DNA of 22,035 nucleotides from a virus: UHGV virus genome UHGV-0200595; one strand, 5' to 3'. Shown piece by piece: positions 14,671 to 22,035 of this stretch (position 1 is its first letter; each line of letters starts with the position of its first letter). The notes under the pieces were generated by a model. It saw only the letters and a program-made list of their open reading frames with translations, ran no database searches and was not told where the DNA came from. The position numbers and the translations under genes were made by a program.

Positions 14671-16098
14671 ATGCCGGTTCAGCAATTACCTCTGATTAAG
14701 GGAACGGGGAAAGACTTTGCCGAAGCTGATTACATTGATGCCATTCCGGTCAACATGCTGGCAACTCCCAGAGAACTCCCCAGCGCAGCCGGATACATGC
14801 GCTCTTTCCCGGGAATAAAGAAACGCGCGGATGTTGAGGGAAAATCAAGAGGAGTTATTTACAACACCAGAGAGAACATTCTCTACCGTGTTCTGGGGGG
14901 CCGTGTCTATCGCGGGGAAAAAATCATCGGCTATGCACAGGGGGCCGGACGTGTGTCGCTGGCGTGCAGCGCCACCAGTCAGGCGGTCGCCGCTAATAGT
15001 GAAATGATTTTGTTTCGCTATGACGGCACAGTGAAGTGGCTGGAGAACTGGCCGGAGAAAGAGGACGGTGTTGAATATGCCCAGTATGAAATTGGCTCTG
15101 TAAGGGATATCTGTCGTGCCGGGGCCCGGTATGTGTGGATTAAAGATGGCTCTGACCTGTTTGGGGTGACAGACCTGGAGGATGAGTCACACCCTGACAG
15201 ATTCCGGCCATTTTACCGGGCAAACTCTCAGCCTGATGGCATAAGGGCGGTTGCGGAGTGGAAGGGGTTTATTGTCTGCTTTGGTTCATCAAGTATTGAG
15301 TATTTTTCCCTGACAGGGGCGACGGGGGCCACCTCACCGCTCTATGTGGCAAATAACTCCCTGACAGTAAATAAAGGTATTGCCGGGACACACTGCAAGG
15401 CACCGTTCGCCGGGGCGTATGCATTCATCAGTAGCGCTGCCTCTGGCCTGCCGTCCGTTTATCTTGTTGATGCGGGGCAGTTGCAAAAAATAGCCACTCC
15501 GACGATTGAAAGGGTGCTGAGGGGGTACACAGCTGATGAGCTGGCAACGAGCTCGCTTGAGTCCTTAAGTCTCGACGCTCACGAGTTACTGATAATGCAT
15601 CTGCCGCGACACACCCTGTGTTATGACATGAGTGCGAGTCAGAACGGGCCGCAATGGTGCCTTCTAAAAAGTGGCGTCGGTGATGATGTGTATCGGGGTA
15701 TTGATTTTCACTATGACGGAAGTGCCATCACGGTAGGGGATAAACAGCTGCCTGTCCTGGGAGAGTTAAGTTTTGATATTTCATCGCAGTACGACTCGCC
15801 GACAGAGCACCTGTTATTCACCCCCATGATAAAGGTTCCTGACAAAAGACTGTTCGATTTTGAGGTGGAAGCCATAACCGGCTTTACCGGAGATGATGAA
15901 AGATTTTTCCTTTCCACGACTTTTGACGGACTCACTTTCGGGCGGGAGGTGATGGTTCCCTACAGCCGCAGGCACCAGTATGACAGACGGATAAGGTGGC
16001 CGCGTATCGGCCGGGTCAGGCGAAACGTTGGCTTTAAGCTCAGGTTCGTGTCGCTGGCACCTTTATCTGTCTCGGGTTGTACCGTAAGGATTGAATGA
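14671..16098 (+). CDS. Tail accessory factor, P22 gp10-like
   Basis: 475 aa. MPVQQLPLIKGTGKDFAEADYIDAIPVNMLATP matches P22 gp10 MPIQQLPMMKGMGKDFKNADYIDYLPVNMLATP. Also EDESHPDR, CFGSSSIEYFSLTGAT and SQNGPQWC. Confidence 0.9.
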   Translation: MPVQQLPLIKGTGKDFAEADYIDAIPVNMLATPRELPSAAGYMRSFPGIKKRADVEGKSRGVIYNTRENILYRVLGGRVYRGEKIIGYAQGAGRVSLACSATSQAVAANSEMILFRYDGTVKWLENWPEKEDGVEYAQYEIGSVRDICRAGARYVWIKDGSDLFGVTDLEDESHPDRFRPFYRANSQPDGIRAVAEWKGFIVCFGSSSIEYFSLTGATGATSPLYVANNSLTVNKGIAGTHCKAPFAGAYAFISSAASGLPSVYLVDAGQLQKIATPTIERVLRGYTADELATSSLESLSLDAHELLIMHLPRHTLCYDMSASQNGPQWCLLKSGVGDDVYRGIDFHYDGSAITVGDKQLPVLGELSFDISSQYDSPTEHLLFTPMIKVPDKRLFDFEVEAITGFTGDDERFFLSTTFDGLTFGREVMVPYSRRHQYDRRIRWPRIGRVRRNVGFKLRFVSLAPLSVSGCTVRIE

Positions 16099-16619
16099 TG
16101 GCGAACGAGAAACTACTGACAGATTTTCCACTTTTTAACGGCCAGTTAACCCCCTCCATGCTGCCGGGAAACTTTACGGCCAGTTATCGGCTCCATGTTC
16201 TGACGCAGGCAGACCACTCTCAGTCATCCTCTGAGTTTCTGCGATTTGTCGCCAGAGAAACCCATGATGCGCAGGTGGTCAATGATGAACAGGATAATTC
16301 TATCGCTGCGCTACAGGAAGACTATGTCTCGAAGTCAGCAGAGGAGACGCAGCGTATAACCTCATCTCTGGATGTGGGCGGAGAATATCTTGTTAAGGGA
16401 CAAAAAGTGGTGGGGCCGCGGGATACCGGCTGGCGCGCATCCATTGGAAAAGCATCAAAGGCCGGAATCAACGGGAGCACTACTTATACGGTCGGAACAA
16501 GCTACTCGCAGTCACAGGTTCAGGCTATTGCGAAAGGTCTGGAAGAGTTGCGGCAGTGGGCCGTGGCTATACAGACAGCGATGGGGGCGGCATCCGGTCA
16601 CGGGCTGATTAACGAATGA
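16095..16619 (+). CDS. Tail needle, P22 gp26-like (short form)
   Basis: 174 aa. NDEQD...ALQEDYVSK and GQKVVGPRDTGWRA...SQSQVQAIAKGL parallel P22 gp26 NDEQD...ALQADYVSK and GKKVVGARQTGWTA...TQSEIQAIANAL. It is shorter than the 233-aa P22 needle. Confidence 0.75.
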   Translation: MMANEKLLTDFPLFNGQLTPSMLPGNFTASYRLHVLTQADHSQSSSEFLRFVARETHDAQVVNDEQDNSIAALQEDYVSKSAEETQRITSSLDVGGEYLVKGQKVVGPRDTGWRASIGKASKAGINGSTTYTVGTSYSQSQVQAIAKGLEELRQWAVAIQTAMGAASGHGLINE

Positions 16620-17071
16620 TTTTATTCACGCCAACAAGAAATATCGACCTTATCGAAGCGGTCGGAAACCACAAGGACATTATTGCCGGAAGTAACAATG
16701 GTGACGGGTTCGACTACAGACCGGAGTGCCAGTACTTTGAAGTGAATGTACACGGACGGTTCGGCGGCATTGTTTACTATCAGGAGATTCAGCCGCAGAC
16801 CTTTGAATGTCACGCTATGTACCTGCCGGAGATTCGCGGATTCAGTAAGGATATTGGGCTGGCATTCTGGCGATACATTCTCACTCATACGACCGTCCAG
16901 TGTGTCACATCATTTGCTGCACGCAAATTTCGTCATGGCCAGATGTACTGCGCAATGGTTGGCCTTAATCGTGTCGGAACCATCAGGAAATACTTCAAAG
17001 GCGTGGACGATGTGACGTTTTACAGCGCCACACGTGAAGAACTAACCGACTTCCTGCATCACGGGAGATAA
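16616..17071 (+). CDS. P22 gp14-like head protein (assigned by position)
   Basis: 151-aa ORF, translationally coupled, between the gp26-like and gp7-like genes as in P22. Confidence 0.5.
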   Translation: MILFTPTRNIDLIEAVGNHKDIIAGSNNGDGFDYRPECQYFEVNVHGRFGGIVYYQEIQPQTFECHAMYLPEIRGFSKDIGLAFWRYILTHTTVQCVTSFAARKFRHGQMYCAMVGLNRVGTIRKYFKGVDDVTFYSATREELTDFLHHGR

Positions 17072-17073
17072 CC

Positions 17074-17763
17074 ATGTTATATGCATTTAAGCTGGGCAGG
17101 AAACTGCGCGGCGAGGAGCCCTTTTGCCCTGAAGGAGGCGGCGGCAAAGGTGGTGACAAGGGGGCAAAAGAGGCTGCAAAGGCTCAGAAATATGCGGCTG
17201 ATCTCCAGCACAAGCAGTGGCAGACGGTTATGAACAACCTGAAGCCCTTTACGCCACTTGCCGGAAAATACATCCCCATGCTGGAAGGGCTGAGCACCCT
17301 GGAAGGACAGGAAAAGGCGCTCAACGATTACTTCAACTCAGATATGTTCAAAAACTTAGCCAGCCAGTCACGGTATCAGACGCTGGCATCAGCTGAGGCT
17401 AATGGCAGCCTTGGTTCAACGGCCACGGGCAATCAGTTGGCGTTTATTGCCCCCTCTCTGGGTCAGTCCTGGCTGTCAGACCAGATGAACAATTACAACA
17501 ACCTGGCAAATATTGGTCTGGGTGCGCTTCAGGGGCAGGCAAACGCCGGGCAGACGTACGCCAATAACATGAGCCAGATTGCTCAGCAAAGTGCGGCGCT
17601 CGCAGCAGCGAATGGTAACAGGCCTTCCGGTTTTCAGTCGGCAATAGGCGGGGCTGCTTCGGGTGCGATGCTTGGCGGCGGTATTGCAAATTTAATTGGC
17701 TCATCAACTCCCTGGGGGGCCGGGATTGGTGCAGGTTTAGGTTTATTGGGGAGCTTATTCTAA
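17074..17763 (+). CDS. Ejection protein, P22 gp7-like
   Basis: 229 aa, same length as P22 gp7. The N-terminus MLYAFKLGRKLRGEEP resembles the cleaved gp7 leader (recalled). Gly/Ala-rich C-terminus. Confidence 0.7.
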   Translation: MLYAFKLGRKLRGEEPFCPEGGGGKGGDKGAKEAAKAQKYAADLQHKQWQTVMNNLKPFTPLAGKYIPMLEGLSTLEGQEKALNDYFNSDMFKNLASQSRYQTLASAEANGSLGSTATGNQLAFIAPSLGQSWLSDQMNNYNNLANIGLGALQGQANAGQTYANNMSQIAQQSAALAAANGNRPSGFQSAIGGAASGAMLGGGIANLIGSSTPWGAGIGAGLGLLGSLF

Positions 17764-19124
17764 TGGCAACGTGGCAACAGGGTATTAATTCTGGAGGGCT
17801 TCTGGCTGGCATTGGCGCGCAAAATGAGAACGCACCAAGGGCAAGTGACATTAACGCAACTCTTGGCCTGATTCGCGAGAACAACGAGTTAGCACGCTCA
17901 GGGGCAAACAATGTGGCTCTGACAGGGCTGCGTGGTCTGGCTGGCGTCGCTGATATTTATCAGCAGGAGCAGCAGAAACAACGTAAGGCGGCATTCCAGA
18001 AAGGCTATGCGGATGCTTATGCGTCCGGCGACAGAGAGAAGATGCGTAATCTTGTTACTGAGTTTCCTGAGGAGTTTGAGGAAGTCCGTAAAGGAATGGG
18101 GTATGTCGATGATGCTCAGAGGGATGATTTTGGCAATCTGGCGCTTAGAGCACAGGTAGCCTCTTCGCTCGGGCCGGGCGCATTTGGCAAATTCATGATA
18201 GACAATGAGAAGGAAATGCGCCGCCTCGGTGTTCCGCCAGAAATCATCGCTGACATGCATGTTAATGACCCGCAGGGCTTCCAGCAGTTCGCTGGCAATA
18301 TGGCGCTGTTTTCTCTCGGTCATGAGAAGTACTTTGATATCAAAGACAAAATGGAAGGGCGAAACCTTGAGCGTCGGGGACAGGATATCACCATGCGTGG
18401 CCAGACGCTTTCCCATAACGCGATGATGGCCCAACTAAATCACGACAAATTCATTAATAAAAAATCTCTGGCAGAAATTCAGCGTGCCGGTGGCCTGAAT
18501 GAAATGGACGTGCACACATTAAATTCTCAGATAGCGTCTACCGGCTTTGACCCACTGACAGGGAAATCTGCGACAGGCGCACGAATGGGGCAGGCGAGAA
18601 AATGGTTAGAAGGCAATGATGCTTTCAACGAGGCATTGATAACAGGTGAGCGAGGAATAGAGAAGATAGACAAAATCCTCGACCAGCCTGAGCTTGACGG
18701 TGTCGGTAAATTCAGCGGTCGGATGCCCGATATTGCAACCTCCGAGGATGGATTATCCAACCGCAACATAATCGAAGAGTTGAAGTCCAGCGCGTTTGTT
18801 CAGAACGTGCAAACCCTCAGAGGCATGGGGGCGCTTTCTAACGCCGAAGGCCAGAAACTGGAAAATCTCATCGCCAGACTGGATATAACCCAGCCAGAAG
18901 CAGTGGTCAGGAAACAGCTAGCCGAAATCCGTGAGCAGTATGCTGTCTTACAAGCCGTTGCGGAAAAAGAATCTGAGTCAATGGGCTACAAATCCTCCGG
19001 CTACGACACATACGTATTGGAGCGGGCGGCTCGGAGAGCCGAACGTCAGCCACAGGGCACCGCGAAGGTGGGGCAGCAGCAAACCACTACTGGCAGCAAC
19101 TTTTCTTCACTATGGGGTGATTAA
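17763..19124 (+). CDS. Ejection protein, P22 gp20-like
   Basis: 453 aa, overlapping starts and stops with its neighbours. Position and size match gp20 (471 aa). Confidence 0.6.
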   Translation: MATWQQGINSGGLLAGIGAQNENAPRASDINATLGLIRENNELARSGANNVALTGLRGLAGVADIYQQEQQKQRKAAFQKGYADAYASGDREKMRNLVTEFPEEFEEVRKGMGYVDDAQRDDFGNLALRAQVASSLGPGAFGKFMIDNEKEMRRLGVPPEIIADMHVNDPQGFQQFAGNMALFSLGHEKYFDIKDKMEGRNLERRGQDITMRGQTLSHNAMMAQLNHDKFINKKSLAEIQRAGGLNEMDVHTLNSQIASTGFDPLTGKSATGARMGQARKWLEGNDAFNEALITGERGIEKIDKILDQPELDGVGKFSGRMPDIATSEDGLSNRNIIEELKSSAFVQNVQTLRGMGALSNAEGQKLENLIARLDITQPEAVVRKQLAEIREQYAVLQAVAEKESESMGYKSSGYDTYVLERAARRAERQPQGTAKVGQQQTTTGSNFSSLWGD

Positions 19125-21292
19125 TGGCTAAAGCATGGAAAGATGTTATCGCCTCTCCACAGTATCAGGTGTTAGCACCAGAACAAAAAGTACAGGCTCA
19201 AGCGCAATATTTTGATGAGGTTGTTGCCCCTAAGGCTGGTGATAAATGGGCTGAAGCAAGAGAGCAGTTTTATGCTGCATACCCTCCGCCGCCGCAGCAG
19301 AAAGAAGAACCATCATTGATGCAACAAGCTGGCGATTGGCTCACAGGTGGTCAAAGTGCAGGGCAAATAGCAGAGCAGGCTGCTCGTGGTCTGGTAAACA
19401 TACCTTTCGATGTATTGCAGGGCGGAGCTAGCCTGATTAACGCGCTTAGTCAGGGGCTTGGCGGACCAAAGGTTTTGGATGATATTTATCGTCCTGTGGA
19501 GCGACCGACAGACCCTTATGCTCAGGCTGGAGAAACAATTGGTGGGTATCTTCTGCCAATTAGTACGGCTGCCAAAGCTGCTGGTGCGTCGGCAAAACTC
19601 GCAGGTGATATTGGTTCTGCTGGCAATATGATTGTTGGTTCGCTTGCCGAAGCAGCTAATCAGGATGGGGATTTTGCGCAAAATGCAGCCATTAACGGTG
19701 GTATCAACTTTGGGGTTCAGGGCGTGTTGTCGGGTGCAGGAAGGCTGATGTCTTCTAGGTCACCCCAAATGCTTGGTTCTGGTGCAATAAAGTCTGCGGC
19801 GGATGTGTCGAGAATGGCAAAGTCTGGCTCAGGAAGGGAACTCATTGCCAGTCAGGCTGCTAATGTATCCGATGATGTAGCAAAAGCCGCAGAGGCAACT
19901 GGAGTAGATATCAACGTATTAACGCCGGGCATGAGATCAGGCAGCCGTGGCCTTGCTCAGGCGGAAGGGATTCTGGCATCAAAGCCTGGTATTACACAGG
20001 ATGCACACACCAGAGCATTCAGTGAAATAGAGTCGAAATTTAACTCTGCTCTGGATGGGCTTGGGGCTGAAGCAGGAACCGCATCAGAGAAAAGTGCAGC
20101 GATAAAACAACGAGTTCTGGCTGGCATTGACAGCATGAAGGCTTCTGAAAAGGCAGCATGGGCTGACGTTCGTTCAACGATGCCAGATGCAAAGGCCAGA
20201 ATGTCAAATCTCAACGCAATAATTCAGGGAGATATCGTTGCAGGTCTGCCGATCACTCCTGAGATGAGGCAATTCGCGTCAGCTTATGCTAAATCAGGTA
20301 AAAATGGCATCACCTTTGACGCAATGAAGACATGGAGAGGTAAGCTGGCTGATGCCGAGCAGAAGTATATAAGGTCGGGTGAGGCTGATACGGCCAGACG
20401 CATGGCAGAGCTTCGAGACGCTGCAACAGAAGACATGCGCATGATAGCTCAAAAAGGTGGCTTCATTGACCAATGGAACGCTGCTAATGACTTATCTAAA
20501 GCACGATTTGCAGCGCAGCGGCAGGCAGAGACAGCTCTTGGTAAAGACCTTGCAACCGATCAGTTGATAACTAATGGTGCAAAAGCGTTACAGAACTCAG
20601 CAAAAAGTGGAGCAGGTCAGTTTCATAAGATAATTGGTGCGTTACCTGAGTCGGAGCGCGCGCCAGCAATTGCATCAATATTACAGGATGCAGTGTCGCA
20701 AGGGGGGCGTGGAGGTAAATCTGAAGGTGCTGGGATTAAACATATCGCGACTATTCTTACTCCGCAAAACGTGAAGGCAATTAGTCGATATTCTCCTGAA
20801 CTTGGCAGAATTGCCAAGGCGTATGGAGAGCTTGCAAGAGCTGCAACGAAACCACTCCGATATGTTGAACAAACAGGGCGATCTATGCCAGCCATTAGTA
20901 CCCTTGAGAACGGTCTTCATCCAGTTTTCGTGAGTGCATTGTCTGGTGCTTTTCGAATTGCGGGGGCGTTTACAGGATTTTCTGGTGGTGGGGTATTGGG
21001 GGCAATAGCAGGAGGGGCCGCAGGTGGCGCTCTTGACGCCATGTCAAAAGCTGCAATAACTAAATTATCTGCAACCAGAAGCGGTCAATACGCTATTGAA
21101 AAAGCAGTTCAGGAAGCTACAAAGGCAGTCAAGGTTGGTGCAAGCAGTGGAGCTTTAGCGGATGCGGAGCGCAGATTTATGGCAAACAAAGCAGCCGTAA
21201 AAGCAATCCGTGATGCTATTGGTAACGATGAATTTCAACGCTTAGCGAGGGGCGGTATAGTGGCATCACTAAGCGGAATGGTGCAGGAATGA
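19124..21292 (+). CDS. Ejection / DNA-transfer protein, P22 gp16-like (extended, 722 aa)
   Basis: Last gene of the ejection-protein block. It is Ala/Gly-rich with repeated GxxG segments. It is larger than P22 gp16 (609 aa). Confidence 0.6.
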   Translation: MAKAWKDVIASPQYQVLAPEQKVQAQAQYFDEVVAPKAGDKWAEAREQFYAAYPPPPQQKEEPSLMQQAGDWLTGGQSAGQIAEQAARGLVNIPFDVLQGGASLINALSQGLGGPKVLDDIYRPVERPTDPYAQAGETIGGYLLPISTAAKAAGASAKLAGDIGSAGNMIVGSLAEAANQDGDFAQNAAINGGINFGVQGVLSGAGRLMSSRSPQMLGSGAIKSAADVSRMAKSGSGRELIASQAANVSDDVAKAAEATGVDINVLTPGMRSGSRGLAQAEGILASKPGITQDAHTRAFSEIESKFNSALDGLGAEAGTASEKSAAIKQRVLAGIDSMKASEKAAWADVRSTMPDAKARMSNLNAIIQGDIVAGLPITPEMRQFASAYAKSGKNGITFDAMKTWRGKLADAEQKYIRSGEADTARRMAELRDAATEDMRMIAQKGGFIDQWNAANDLSKARFAAQRQAETALGKDLATDQLITNGAKALQNSAKSGAGQFHKIIGALPESERAPAIASILQDAVSQGGRGGKSEGAGIKHIATILTPQNVKAISRYSPELGRIAKAYGELARAATKPLRYVEQTGRSMPAISTLENGLHPVFVSALSGAFRIAGAFTGFSGGGVLGAIAGGAAGGALDAMSKAAITKLSATRSGQYAIEKAVQEATKAVKVGASSGALADAERRFMANKAAVKAIRDAIGNDEFQRLARGGIVASLSGMVQE

Positions 21293-21622
21293 TTAGTTAC
21301 CCACGGATGAATTGAGCTTATTTCTGGTAGATGTGGCAATTTTCCCAACATTTTTTAACCAAGATCTTAAGAAAGAGATCTCGTCTTTAATATCATGAAT
21401 ATCCTCACTCTTTATACGATCAAGCTTGCCCTCTAGGCACTCGATAGAACTCTCAACACTAGACAGCGACATTCTTAAATCGTCTTGATCACGCTCCATA
21501 GAGTATTTTAGCGCCCAATGTTCGTTTTCTAGGTCCTTTATTTTTTGGGTTATGGAGTTCATCTGATAGTCATGTACAAACCCGGAAATAATTAACGCAA
21601 CTAAGCATAACCATTCAAACAC
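21293..21622 (-). CDS. AT-rich moron: small N-terminally membrane-anchored coiled-coil protein
   Basis: The minus-strand ORF sits in a clearly AT-rich island. A GTG start at 21622 is preceded by AAGGAG (6-nt spacer). An upstream ATG at 21667 lacks an SD and clashes with a divergent ORF. It has a TM helix (FEWLCLVALIISGFV) followed by heptad-rich sequence. Its stop directly abuts the gp16-like stop. Confidence 0.5.
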   Translation of the reverse strand: MFEWLCLVALIISGFVHDYQMNSITQKIKDLENEHWALKYSMERDQDDLRMSLSSVESSIECLEGKLDRIKSEDIHDIKDEISFLRSWLKNVGKIATSTRNKLNSSVGN

Positions 21623-21665
21623 ACAAATCTCCTTATTTTTCCTTACTCTACCATGAGGATATGCC

Positions 21666-21923
21666 ATGATTTACCCATCAAACTACCCACCAGTTTGCTT
21701 CTCTGGATACGAGCCTTGCAGTTTTTATGGAATTAATTACCCCATGCTCAAGAGCCTCGTTAGCATCCAAAATGGTCGAGTCTGCTATCAAGGATGCCCA
21801 CCTAACATTAGGTCCAATGTCGATATTGAACGTCTCAATGAAGCGATCAAGATCGTTATCGAGGCATTTCCCATACTCTCGCAGCCTGGCATGGTCGGCG
21901 GCTGGGGTGGAAAAGCCTCATGA
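21666..21923 (+). CDS. Hypothetical Cys-rich 85-aa ORF in the AT-rich island (uncertain)
   Basis: ATG with a GAGGAT SD-like sequence. Atypical composition, and overlapped by another + frame ORF. It may be non-coding. Confidence 0.2.
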   Translation: MIYPSNYPPVCFSGYEPCSFYGINYPMLKSLVSIQNGRVCYQGCPPNIRSNVDIERLNEAIKIVIEAFPILSQPGMVGGWGGKAS

Positions 21924-22035
21924 TAACCGGGCAGATCCTATGGGCAAAACGGAGGGAAAGTTTGTGCTTTTTGTGCAGTGTCTGACGAGGTAGTTAGCAG
22001 GGCTTCGTCAGTGAATGATGATTTGTGATGCGGAT

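Noticed and set aside
21727-21993. 88-aa + strand ORF at the window end
   Set aside because: It overlaps the 21666-21923 ORF in another frame. It has no SD and an Arg/Ser-rich composition. It is probably non-coding.

Overview
This window is a lambdoid/P22-like prophage segment spanning the end of the early-right (nin/Q) region, the late promoter, a lysis cassette, and a near-complete P22-type head and ejection-protein module. All major genes are on the + strand. Identifications rest on motifs and recalled homologies; no database search was possible.

Order, left to right:
- **Early-right region (1-2047):** an intrinsic terminator, then an AT-rich island carrying a 19/20-match LexA (SOS) box upstream of a 70-aa ORF. 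Three genes follow: DUF1367-like, YbcO/DUF1364-like, and a Q-type antiterminator.
- **Late promoter (2044-2158):** a classic pR' (TTGACT, 18 bp, CAAATT), a short leader, and a tR' intrinsic terminator.
- **Cargo between tR' and the lysis genes (2154-3480):** a start-less C-terminal fragment of a beta-class N6/N4 DNA methyltransferase. Next is a minus-strand hicA-hicB toxin-antitoxin operon with a perfect TATAAT promoter embedded in a four-copy ATACACAC palindromic operator, convergent with the late transcript. A further + strand intrinsic terminator sits just before the holin.
- **Lysis cassette (3497-4883):** two small multi-TMD holin-like proteins, a GH108-type endolysin with a PG-binding domain, and a 60-aa lipoprotein. 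No Rz-like i-spanin is present.
- **ParB-GT pair (5056-6775):** a ParB-like nuclease-domain protein translationally coupled to a soluble GT-A/GT2-like glycosyltransferase-fold protein. A methylase usually occupies this position in related phages. This is the most interesting candidate for an undescribed DNA- or virion-modification module.
- **Terminase (6793-9539):** a small HTH-like ORF, a P27-type small terminase with a TGCGCAAA tandem repeat, and a PBSX-family large terminase.
- **Head and ejection module (9541-21292):** P22-like portal, scaffold and coat, then a UUCG-tetraloop terminator. After that come a 62-aa ORF and gp4-, gp10-, short gp26 needle-, gp14-, gp7-, gp20- and an extended gp16-like proteins.
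- **3' end (21293-21923):** the window ends in an AT-rich island encoding a minus-strand TM plus coiled-coil moron that abuts the gp16-like stop codon.
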